Positions 12,896-23,808 of a DNA stretch of 64,000 bases are shown one piece after another. This DNA comes from Marsupella aquatica (lineage: Eukaryota; Plantae; Marchantiophyta), in contig OZ316897.1 in the NCBI GenBank assembly GCA_973895155.1, positions 11,369,832 through 11,433,831 on the forward strand, given 5' to 3'. Made by a program: the position numbers and the translations under genes. Numbering within the stretch: the first letter of the stretch is position 1; each line of letters opens with the position of its first letter. Under the pieces are notes generated by a model. The model searched no databases and was not told the DNA's origin. It was given only the letters and a program-made list of their open reading frames with translations.

Positions 12896-13275
12896 CTAGG
12901 CTGCTTCCTTCTTCAGCCTCTTGATAGTCTGGAGGTGGCCTTCCTCCTGGGCCGTCATGATAATCAGCTTCTTTGTGAGCGTCTGTATCTGACTCTCACG
13001 GAGCTCATCAAGCTTGGCGGCCTCCTTCATCACTAGGCACAACTCCTGACATGTCTGAAGATGGTTCCGCTGAGCTCAAAAATATCTTTCAGCATAATCC
13101 TTTCTAATTGAACTAATCTCTTCATTTTTCTCCTTCACAGTTTCTTGCAGGGTCTCAAGTTCCTCGAGGACATCCTCAGTCATTTGGGACTCCTTCTCAT
13201 GTTTATCTTTGATCGATTTCAAATGTTTCAAGGCATTGTCGATTTGGCCTTCAAGGTGACAAATGAGCCTCAGGT
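12896..13275 (-). pseudogene. Small coiled-coil protein (transposon cargo) with one internal stop
   Basis: HLEGQIDNALKHLKSIK...KDYAERYF*AQRNHLQ...KRLKKEAA* continues in one frame; heptad-like, E/K-rich. Confidence 0.5.
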
Positions 13276-14256
13276 GAGTAACATGCTCTACACGAGAGTC
13301 GCGTGAAAGCAAATGGAAATGATATTTACTCCAACGCATTTTCATACGGAAGCACTGATGGGATGAGGATCGTCCGGGATCTACACGAGAGTCACGTGAA
13401 GATAGAGATAAAAAATGTCTAAAACTGATTTGGAGAAAAAGACTGAGGGTTACCTTCAAGCATGATCTGTGCGTTCACGACATAGTACTGGAGCTCATCT
13501 ACACGAGTCTCATGTAGAAAACTTAGTACTGGGTATCGCATAACACAAATAAATCTAATAGGATAATGTCTACACGAGACTCGTGTGGAAGGAACCGCTG
13601 AAGTTTGAAATAAAAACAAACAACAAAAAGAAAAACTAAAGATCTACACGACTGTCATGTGGAAATACCTTCAACTCTGGTGAAAGCTGCGACCGACATC
13701 TCCCGGACCTCCGATTCGGATAGATTCGCCATGAAACCTCTTCGCACGTGTGAAACAATTCGCAAAATATGGACGGAATTGAGCAGAACTCAAAGGTAGA
13801 GACAAATGAGCGAAAGGGCGGAGAATGAACGAGAGGGCAAAGATGAAGGAATGAGTGAATGAGCGAATCTCCTTGAAATATATAACTGACATGAGGAATG
13901 GGCAATCGTGCAGAGCTATCAGCCTGTCACATTCAAGCAGATGTGCTTATTCTTTGGTCATTATCTGTTGTCATTATCTGACATGATTAATTGCGCCGCC
14001 AAAATATCGGAAAATTGGACCACACGACGATCTAGCAGAGCGGCCACCCTATCATTTTTGTCCATTATATTCTGGATTTCTATCTGGGAATGGTATTTAT
14101 CGATTAGTCGTCCTAATTCTCTAGTCATTTTCTCGCCAGAGGTGAATGGTTCCGAGGACAAGTTTTGGCACAGGTGGTTCAGAGGATAGGTTTGGCACGG
14201 GTTTGAGTCCAAGGACTGCTTCTAGGCGCCCAATCGGTACATCCCTTCTAGGATTC

Positions 14257-14322
14257 CATTCCTGTGACTGTCTCATTCCTATGACTATCTCATTCCTATG
14301 ACTGTCTCATTCCTGTCACTCT
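14257..14322. repeat. 17-bp tandem repeat x~4 (CATTCCTRTGACTRTCT) between the divergent transcription units
   Basis: Read directly from the sequence. Confidence 0.8.
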
Positions 14323-15018
14323 TGGAGAATGTTTTTTTAGGACAACTATCTGTACCTCATTTATTTCAAAAGTTTCACTAAATAGGGGTACTGTAATAGG
14401 ATATTTAGCATTTCAAGAGGAATTAGACCTCATTTCTTCCTTAACTGCCCTAATTTTAGAATTAGACTTCATTTCTTCTTAATTGAGGATGATTGAGGGT
14501 CTTGACATGGGTTATGTCTTGGTCTTGAGGAATTGGACTTCAATTGTAACACAATTTATCAGTTGGGTGGTTCCTTAATGTGATATTACATGGATTGGGG
14601 ATTTGTACCCTAATGGAATTTGTACACTGGTGGACCTTTTACCCTGTTGGAATTTGTATCTTGTTGGACTTTCATTCTCTCTTAGAGTGAAGCATCGAAT
14701 AATAGTGGGTCCTTTCCTTACTTCTTGTGGGACTTTTTGTCATAAATGCATATGATTGTGATAATTCCGTTACTTTTGGGAGATGTTTAGACCTAAGCTG
14801 ATGCTCTACACGAGGCTCGCCTAGCCATCGAACCTCCTTGTGTTTCCTTCCACTACCTGTATGCGTTAATAATTCTACACAAGCCTTGTGTTGAGGGATA
14901 CTGACGTGCATGTTTTATTCTGGTTAACCAGGTCTTTTCCTGCCGGTGAATAATTCCTATCTTGTGTCCACACGAGAGTCGTGTCAAAGTTACTGCTAAC
15001 CTCGAATCGGTCAAGAAT

Positions 15019-18000
15019 ATGTTTTCCCCTGGGGATCGAGTTAATCTCTTATTGAACGATGAACCGGTTGCGGGTGGGACGGTTTTCAGCATTACTCCCT
15101 CGGACTCTTGTCACAACATTCTGATTGGCAAGCATAGAATCAGTGTTTCTGTTGAGGATGCATTCTTTGACCTTGCTGAGTTACCTTATCCAAACGCAGG
15201 GGCAGACCTGGTCAGTGAAAGCTTAAATTTAGTAATTTTGTGGGATCGGTCCAGCGTCAGGTTTGCAGAAAGCCAGCGCCCGGTTTATCCAGGTGACAAC
15301 CAAGAGGAGATTCCTCTAGAATGGGAAGCAAGTTTTGGGGAGCAAGATGCCACGGGAGACACTGTCCATAGTCAGGACAATGTTCTCTTGAGCGAGGACC
15401 TGAGCGATCAAAGTAGGTGGTTCAAGAAGTTTGCTTTGCTTTACGGAGATGATGATGAGACACTACTGGCTCGAGGGTGTATCACAAATCCGCACCCTCA
15501 AGCATCAATTAACAATGAAAGAGTTGGAGATGATCATGTTGGGATCAATATTCTTACACTGGCCATCGACAACAACATCTCAAAGATGATGTTCCCTTAT
15601 TTTGTTGAGGGAACGCCTTGCACAATCAAATGGCCTTTGCGGAGAACTCGGATCAAGCTTGGAATGCAATTGTTAAGCAATCTATTGGATCAAAATGAAT
15701 TCCTGAATCCCGAGCGAGCAATTGTATCATATGTTAAACCAAAGCGAGGCTATAATAATCAACGTTGCAACCCGCAGGCTCCTGAGGAGAAGGAAAGAAA
15801 GAAGATTCATAGAAGGCGTAACAGAAAGAAGACTCGGGAATCTATTGATGCTGTCTTCCAGGTTGAGTGCTGCACAAAGAATTGTTGTAGGAGACAACAG
15901 TGGGAAGTGGTCAATCAGATTAGAGATGAATTTTATGGTCTCTCTCACGCCGATCAACATACGTACGTTTTGAACCATCTACACGGGAGGGATACGGAAA
16001 CTATAGAGGCCAGGATGATTATTTTTTGTGGGACACATGTCTGTAAAGAAGGGTTTTGGACCATCCATGGTTTCTCCAAAGGAACCTTCTATTCAATCTA
16101 TAGTCAGTATCGAAATGGGGCAAAAGTTGGCGTTCATGGCAACCAAGGATCAATGAAAACCAAAGACTATGTCACGTTGTTTGTGGAGTCTATACGAAGT
16201 GTATTCCAAAAATGTGCAGAGCCTATGCCTCATCTCTGGCCATAAAATTGGAGAGTCTGGAAAGCAGGAGGTCGTGTATAGGGTAAGATTCTTTCATCAC
16301 TACTTTCTACAAGATATTGGAGAAAAAGTTTCCCAATTTTCAGTTTCCTGATTGAAGCAATTTTGCAACATGCGATCTCTGTACTACAATCAAAGAGACT
16401 CTTCGAGGCAAGAAGAGACAAGATGTTGTTCTTGAAATCAAGGCCAAAAGAGAACGTCACATGTTGGAACAACAGTCCATGAGAAGCATGTATTATGCAG
16501 CCAAACTGGCAGCAGATCAAGAGCCAGAGAAGTATCTCTCGGTGATTCATGACAATGGATCAAGCCAAAACAGGGATACCAAAAATGACTTCAACTCTTA
16601 AAAGTCAAGCGGGTAAATCAATTCCGTTACCGATGATGTTGACTGGAATGCTCACGCATGGACGGGATCCCGGAATCTATGCCCATTTTGCACTTGGTGG
16701 ATTGTGGGCGAGTGATCCTGATTTCACAGTCTCATCTCTTTCAAAGTTGTTCAAGGATCTTGAGTCATTCTCTGGGGATAAGACTGGAGACTTATCGCTG
16801 ATCCTATTTTTGTTGCGCTTTTAGATCGTTGGGCTTTTGAGATTGACTATCTAGAAAGGAAGAATGTGGATTTTGAGCATTTTAAAGGTTTTGAAAATGA
16901 AGCTCCGCACGAGCCTCGCGTGGAACCCTTGTCCTACAATTCTTTTTGATCACTTCCACGCCATTTGCACCTCCAACTTGACAATTCAGGGAAGGACAAT
17001 AAGAATTAGACCGTGATCGCATATTGTAGTGAGCTTGTTCTTCGAGGAGTGTTTGAGTCCGTTACACTCTCCTTCCTGATGGTTGGTCATACTCATGAGG
17101 ACGTTGATGCATTCTTTTCACAAGTAGGAATTTGGATTTATAATCGTGAGTTAACAACTTTCTTTAGTTTGATGGCTGAAGTTTGGGAGTGTGAGAAGAA
17201 GCATCAGTCCCAAGATTCATCCGGGAGGTTGCCGGATACAAAGCTTATGTTTCTTTTTATGTGAAGAAGATCCAAGGTCAGTCGGTCCCTGTGTAGTTCT
17301 TGTTTTCAATGAAAGAAAATACACCTGTTTATCAATATCGGGAGAAAATTGATTCACCGTGGCTACCTGCAAAAGGTCACACCATTTGGAAAACTACTGG
17401 AAAGGACTCTGTGTTTCCCTCCAGAAATCCTCTTTCAAAACAAATGGAGTCGACTCATAAGCGAGCGAGTGACATTCTCGAATACCTCGTTCATTACGTT
17501 TTATGGCTAAAAGCCGCCTGGAAAGATGTCACATCAGAGGGATATCATTTTCGATCCCCGGAAATTGAGTATTGGGAAAATGTCATCAGGGTCTTCGAAG
17601 GTTCCCTGTGCTTTGCGCCTAATCTGGAGAGGGACTATCTGCTACTCGATCGGTTTTGGCCAAGAACTAACCATGGAACCAGATATCAAGCTGAGGTTGG
17701 GATTTCTGAGAATAACATTGGCTCTGTCAACGATGTCGTGGGCAGCCTTGAGCGTGAACTTCAGGAAGATCAATATGAGAGACAGACAATATTTGTTGGC
17801 CACCGCTCGGAGCGAGAAAGGTCAAGATTCTCCCCACTTGAGGATATTAAAAAGGATACGTTTGTTATTCTTTGTCCAACAGATGAATTTGAACAAACAG
17901 TTCCCCTTCGATTCTGGCTAGGAAGAGCCATGGATCGCGTTGTGCAGGTTCCGGATGATGCTCATGCTGGCGAGTTTAAGGTGGAATGGTGGAGACCTGT

Positions 18001-18223
18001 CCATCAAAAATCGTCTGTCCCAGACTCTGAACGATATCGGGATTGTTTCAATTCTAAACAGTCCTGGGAAGTTGATCCAAATTACCAAAGTCCTACAATC
18101 CAACACAACTGGCTCCTCGCAACGTCTACAATCAATGGCTGGAATTCAAAGGCAAAGGGTAAAGTGAAAGTTCCAGTTCATGTTCTTGAAAGCGTGAATG
18201 CATACATTTCCAAGAACTTCTGA
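15019..18223 (+). pseudogene. Sola1-like (DUF7869-type) DDE transposase with stops and frameshifts
   Basis: CCTKNCC and VCKEGFWTIHGFS N-terminal motifs; FATCDLC; YLSVIHD[fs]MDQAKTGIP; LHLQLDNSGKDNKN*; FLMVGHTHEDVDAFFS; C-terminal FWLGRA...FKVEWWRP beta-barrel-like domain. Superfamily assigned from recalled DN..NKN/GHT motifs. Confidence 0.8.
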
Positions 18224-18568
18224 ACGGAGTGTTTATTTTTGCACGAGGCTCGCGTAGGGCCTCTTTGTTTTGCCTTACCAAGGAAGGTTTAGGTCTATTT
18301 GGATCTGCACGAGGGTCGCGTAGAGCGGCCTCGCTCTGGTCTCTAGGCTAGGGTCTACTGAAAGTGACATGGCCGTAGACCCGTGATTCACACGCTTTGG
18401 CCATTTCTTGGTCTTGTCCAAATAGGGAACTCCTCACTCTCTTTTCCCATTCTGCGGTTTCTGATTCACTTTCAATCTGCTGTTGATGTTAGTTTCTGTC
18501 GTCATTTGATTTGTGTTAGTTTTCATATTTCTTAATCTGATTTCGAGAGGATCTCTTGAGTTCTCTCG

Positions 18569-19102
18569 ATGAATCCACCAGTGACGTCCAAGGACCTCGG
18601 CGTGACCAACAACTCAACAGAGGTTTCCCCGCCTCATAGCTCAAAGGAGGGGAACGCCCCAAGGAGGTCTTCCAAGATTTACACACCTGCGGATGGGTTT
18701 GATCGTAATTGCAATTCTGACAAAGAAGGATCTTTTTTAAGAGAGTGTACTCGATGTAAAAGGTTTTTCTTGTCAGAACTCGATGGAGATACCTGTGGCT
18801 TTCCTGATTGTAAGATACCTGGAGTATAAAAAATGGATGATTCAAAGATTAGCCATGGAGGAAATTCCGTGCCGCCTATCAAGGGGCAGGAGGCATCGGG
18901 TGCAAGGAAAGCCAAAAAGATGCCCAGGGAGACTGTCAACAAAAGAAGCATGAAGGAAAACGTCAATGTCTACTATGGGAAGGGAAAGAAGCAGCGGCGG
19001 GCTCCGATGGACCATCGAGCTTGGGCAAAGGAAGCATTCCTTGACTACCGCGAATCCACTCCGGACTTGGATGAGTGGATGCCATCTTTGTGGAATGATT
19101 AA
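18569..19102 (+). pseudogene. Small Cys-motif/basic protein (cargo) split by one in-frame stop
   Basis: ORFs 18569-18829 and 18833-19102 are in the same frame; ECTRCKR...TCGFPDC followed by a K/R-rich stretch. Confidence 0.45.
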
Positions 19103-20123
19103 GATTTGAAGCCATTTGGGAGAGTCTTAAGTTTTTGAAGCATTTTGAGGATTACGCGAGTCTCGCATAGATATTCGACTCCGGAAAATTTAGATTGTGT
19201 TCGCTCACTTTTGTTTCTGCTTTAAGCTGGTAAAGGAGATTTCCTTATCTAAAAGGTGTTTAGGAACCTAGACGGTGGTTGGAGGAATGCCTCTTGCAAC
19301 TGTGAGATCGTAGATCAACCCTAAACCCAAATCTCTTTCTGCGCTAGTCTCGCGTAGAGCGTTGAGGTCCTTTTGTTCCTCCGCGATTGTCTTACCCACA
19401 TCTCGATGCTAGCTTCCTTGGGTAGTTTGGTTGGAGTCATCTTCCCAACAGATTTTGAATTCCGTTTTGGCATCGATGGCATTGGTTTGAGGGATGCCTC
19501 TTCCAACATCAACAATTTTTGTGAATAATGAAAAGTTTTCCTTTTCAAAATTGTGTGCACGTTGTCAATCACTTGCATGGTATCTTCAGCTCTGATGTAT
19601 CTCATTTTTTTGTGTCACCTCTTTCCTAAAACTTTGGAGGACACGATTATCGCGTAGAGTACACCGAGCAAGTAGACTTGATTTCCAGTTACCCAATAGA
19701 GCGCAGCTTAGCGCAGATTCCTCGTCCGACGGCTGTCGAATCCTTGGGCTCTAGAAGTCCCCCCTTTTGGGCCAAGCTTCTGACCCAAAGGCCTTCCTCT
19801 TGAGATTTTGTTAACATTGTGAATCATCTATGGGGTGATTAGAGAGATCGAGTGATTCACAGAATTGGTCTAAGGAGGGTTCCTTTCCAAGCCCATAATA
19901 ACCTTGCCCCAACCAGTCCCCATTAAAGTTTAACGGGCCTCCTCCTCATGGCATGTTCGCTATTCAATATTCTTTCCAAGCAGATACCCTGCCCCAATTA
20001 TCCAGCCCCCATTAAAGTTGTAATGGGACTCCTCCTCATCGCAGGTTTGCTATTCAGTATTCAAATGGGTGACCTCAATTGCCAAACTGGAATTTCAATT
20101 TCAATGGTGCCCTTTGTGTTCAT

Positions 20124-20240
20124 TCCAAAACTCTAATCTGAAAATTCCAAAACTCTAAACTAAATATTCCAAAACCTCATTTTAGAAATTCCAAAACCCC
20201 TTCTCTAAATTTCCAAAAAGCACTTTTCAATATTCCATTC
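20124..20240 (+). repeat. Right subterminal array: TCCAAA at an exact 22-bp period
   Basis: TCCAAA starts at 20124, 20146, 20168, 20190, 20212; degenerate TCCATT at 20234. Confidence 0.9.
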
Positions 20241-20276
20241 TTGGGAGAATTTTCCAGAATTAGTGAAATGTCTGAT

Positions 20277-21113
20277 ATGGGTGTAGAGATTAGGATTCCT
20301 CCCAACAGGACTTGGGACATTGCGGCTGGATTGGAGTGCCGCATGGAGGGGATTTATTTTCATTGTAACAAGCAGTTGATCCCTCACGTGGAGTTGGCCA
20401 AGCTCTTATTTCTCGACAACCAGGACTTCACGTTTCAGCCAGTAGAGCCACCTGGTGTTTTTACATTGGAGTCCGAGCTAGCTGAGGTGGTGAAGGATCC
20501 CATTTCCGTAACTACCATTCCCCTCTCAACGTTCAAAGATCCAGCGTACAAGGTGTTTGTGGCCAAGGTGCACCAGCGGGTACTTGGTCGGGGGAAATCA
20601 GGGACGGTGAGTGGAGATCAGTTAGCTATCGCCAATGACATCAAAACTCACCCACGCCACACGTACGGATGGTGGTATTTCGGGATGAGGAAGTCATTGG
20701 CCATGGATCCTAAGAGTGTGAAGACAGGAGGAGGCATGTACTTGATGGGGTCTTTCCTATTGGCCAGGCGGGAAGGGCTCCTTCCCTCACCAAGAACTGA
20801 AGGGGAGATCGTGCCACCCTTCACCACGGAAATACGGAGGATAGCCACCACCATATTAGGGAGTCTTGTGAAGGGGCCACCGTCTGAGCCAATAGCCCAA
20901 CCTACTACGAAAGATGACCCAAATGAGGATAGCATTATGGAGTGGTTGGAGTCACTTGTGGGAAACCCAGAGGAGTCTCTTGATTACAATGTGCCCGAGG
21001 TGTACTTGGCCGAATTACGTGATTTTCATGATGGAGTGCATGAGGGGCTTAAAGTTGTGTCGAACATTGAAGGAGGCTATCAACCAAGCCCAGGCCAAGA
21101 GGTGGAGGTGTAA
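20277..21113 (+). pseudogene. 3' part of the ORF split by the nested element
   Basis: Open frame MGVEIRIPPNRTWD...GQEVEV* begins right at the TIR junction. Confidence 0.6.
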
Positions 21114-21315
21114 ATCGTTTGATAAGCAGGTGACAAGGGTTTTTTAAAATCAAATATGGGAATATTCTTGGAATATTCCATTAAGTTAGGGGTAAAAAAA
21201 TTCCTAAAAAACTTTATTGACTTAACTTTTAGGGTGTTTATTCCCCCAAAACTTTGAGCGTGATATGGGACACCCCTTGGATTGAGGCCCCCGAGGGCAC
21301 AGGTATTGAACTAGT

Positions 21316-21483
21316 AAACTCTAAAACATTCAGCTTTCTTCAAAGCATACATGAAAAAACCCAGCCCAAATGGATTTGACCCTTGGTAAGATCACATATT
21401 AAAGAAGTAGATTTGGTTGTGTGCATGCAAGGGACCATTATCCACTTCTTCACATGTGCATGCTAAAGTATGCAATAAGTTCA
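21316..21483 (+). repeat. Dispersed repeat with an inverted copy at 31750-31899
   Basis: CCCTTGGTAAGATCACATATTAAAGAAGTAGATT and TGTGCATGCTAAAGTATGCAATAAGTTCA occur reverse-complemented at ~31813 and ~31750. Confidence 0.85.
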
Positions 21484-22229
21484 ATGCCAATAGCCGCCCC
21501 CAGCAAGGTACTTGTTATCCTTGCTGCAATGTCACCTGATTCTACCAACTTACCCACACCACGGTTCATCCAAATCGGGTTCATAGAGATAGTCTAAACT
21601 GTCTCTAAATTGCTAATGACGGCCTCTGAAGGCATTTTTTCTGGACCCACATCTCTATGCCTTCTTGTGTACTTTCTTTCTTGCTTTCTCTTAGAACATG
21701 AATTGGTCGGCATGCCACTCTCTCATTGGACTGCTTACCTTAGTTCTACAAGATATAGATCTGGAGCTATATTGCAAAGGCAAGTCTTTGTAACAATAAT
21801 GTTCAACAACTGCAAATTAGGTTTTCTTGGGGATTTTCCTCCTCCTTATTGTCTTGAAAGTTACCTGAATTTAATAAGAAATGGCGACATGCATAAGGAG
21901 TGCCACCAGTCCTCAACAGCAACCCTCAAAGTTGGCACAACGTGGATGATAGGCTCTACAGCCCTCCATCTTAAGAACAATCACTAGTTTCTATAGTTTT
22001 GAAAAGTCACAAAAGAGACATTGTGATAAGGGAGCTTACCCCAAAATGCCAAAACTATTACCACATCTTGCATTATTGATTCCTTTTACTAGGAAACTTA
22101 ATGGTTGGACGAGCTTAATGAATCAATGAGCAACTTAACCCTCATACAAGAAAACCTTACAGACCTCAAATGGACCCACAACTTTGTCAAGAGCTTACTT
22201 GGACTTCATGAAGTATTTTTCCCGAGGTA

Positions 22230-23222
22230 ACAAATTTCACCAAACTTAGATAGTACATTTTTGTTTTCTTTTGTTAAAATCCATTTTAGCTAGTTTTAGT
22301 TTAGGTTTGAGGCATGAAAGGGTATGCCCTTTCACCCTCCAAATAAGGAAGACCTTCACTCTGGTCTCTACCACTATATAGGTTAGATGTTTTTCCTTTG
22401 TTGGGGTTGAAGTTCTTCCTTTGTTCCGAGAGGAGGAAAGGAGAAGTTACCCGCAAGTTTGCTCCGGCAAACTTTGTCCCTTGTCAGGTTAGGAATAGCC
22501 TAGAGCTAAGTGAAGTTTAGGCTATGGCCGAGGTTGTATTAAGGAGTCTTCTTCCCTTCTTTGGTGTTGATGTTTGTTTCACCACACCTTCGAAGTAAAA
22601 CCTTGTATTACTCATGTTTCGAAGACCCGAGTCGACAGATTCCATCATGTCGGTGACTTGACCTCGTCTTTGAACTTTTGGAGTTAAGCTATGGTGATAG
22701 AGAATTGCTTGAGCACGGGATGCTAAGATTTCTCGATGCACCTAGACTTTGGATTCTGTTTGTGAACGATGATGCAGACATTCATCTCTTTTAGTACCGC
22801 AAGGATGTCGAAGTAGTATTCTATTAGCCATTTCCAAGTACCGCCCTTGAGGAAAGGAAATGCATGTTGACGGCATTTTAATATGACTCTCTAGTAGCCA
22901 TTCTGAGCCAGAAAGAAGCGATGGGTTCTCCATCTTAAGTCCTCGATCACTTATAGAATGATGAAGGGAAGGAACCTTGACATATGTCAGCCTCTCTCTT
23001 CATACCCCGAAAGCATACTTTTTTCTTGTGTTTTGTTCTTTAAGTTGACTCATTTTTGTTAATTTGCATTTTTGTGAGACCATAGAGCTCTGAGTCCAAG
23101 CTCTTTAAACCACTCAAAGTTCGTTAAAACCCTCAATCCATTACAACTTGTTCCTTACGGGATCGAATACCAAGTCGGAAGACCGTAAATTGTGCTTTTT
23201 GGTTTTCCCTGGCACACTACAG
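22230..23222 (+). mobile_element. Possible degenerate Gypsy-type LTR remnant
   Basis: Non-coding T-rich stretch ending CCTTACGGGATCGA...ACTACA resembles LTR ends; no PBS, PPT or TSD identified. Confidence 0.2.
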
Positions 23223-23808
23223 ACATTGCTAATGGAGACATTAAAACATGATCTAGCTCAGCTGAACTCAACTCAACTCAAGGCCTTGCTCAACACTATT
23301 TTATCCTTTGTATCAGTTATCTTATAGAGACCTAGTTTTACAATTCAAGCACATGACAATTTGCCTAGTTCAGCTCAGCTCAACATCACTCAAACTTGCT
23401 CCTCTACATTATGATTTTGCAGAATTAGCACCGGGATTAGCACACCCAGAATTATAATTGGATAAATCAATCATCTTTAATCAGTTCAGGTGAACTGAAA
23501 CAAACCACTTTGATGGTTCATTAAATGGTCACAAATAATGCAGTCTCAATGTTTTGGCTCAATGTTGGGGCTGCCTCTCAGCAAACTTTTGTTGACCTTT
23601 AGTAAGCTTGATCAAAATTAATTAAGGTAAGCATATATTGTCGTGACCAAAGTTTCATAAGCACAAGTTATTCATTGAATCAAACCGCTTTCGTTCAAAA
23701 CTGGTCATCACTACAACATATTTGGCACTTTTCGTGGTACTGCTTTATGGTGTGGTAGAAATCAATATAATCTGAAAAAATGGTGATTGGCTCTCCGTTG
23801 CCCTCTGG

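Larger units (their letters stand above)
7736..19658. promoter_or_regulatory. Dispersed 21-bp imperfect palindrome TCTACACGA-N3-TCGYGTRGA, at least 15 copies; candidate protein-binding sites
   Basis: Copies start at 7736, 10472, 13287, 13380, 13498, 13569, 13643, 14805, 14967, 16904, 18238, 18304, 19151, 19338, 19638. Confidence 0.8.
4493..20274. mobile_element. ~15.8-kb cargo-carrying DNA transposon, Sola1-like, decayed
   Basis: Imperfect TIRs: left CTAACATTTCACTAACTCTGGAGATTCT, right (reverse complement) CAGACATTTCACTAATTCTGGAAAATTCT. Phased subterminal repeats at both ends, internal DDE transposase, and excision restores the flanking ORF. Confidence 0.85.
2039..21295. mobile_element. Putative older unclassified TIR element with CTCGGGGG...CCCCCGAG ends; host of the nested 15.8-kb element
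   Basis: CTCGGGGGG at 2039 and GGCCCCCGAG ending at 21295 with weak inverted similarity beyond. The right end shares AATATTCTTGGAATATTC with the 2406-2701 MITE. No TSD found; left boundary uncertain. Confidence 0.4.

Noticed and set aside
13287-13663. CRISPR array
   Set aside because: Spacer lengths are irregular, repeats are degenerate, there are no cas genes and the context is eukaryotic; reported as a binding-site cluster instead.
4502-20265. CACTA...TAGTG within the TIRs, suggesting the large element is a CACTA transposon
   Set aside because: The inverted repeat extends further out (ACATTT/AAATGT), the flanks TTT/AAA are not a 3-bp TSD, and the transposase motifs are not TnpD-like.
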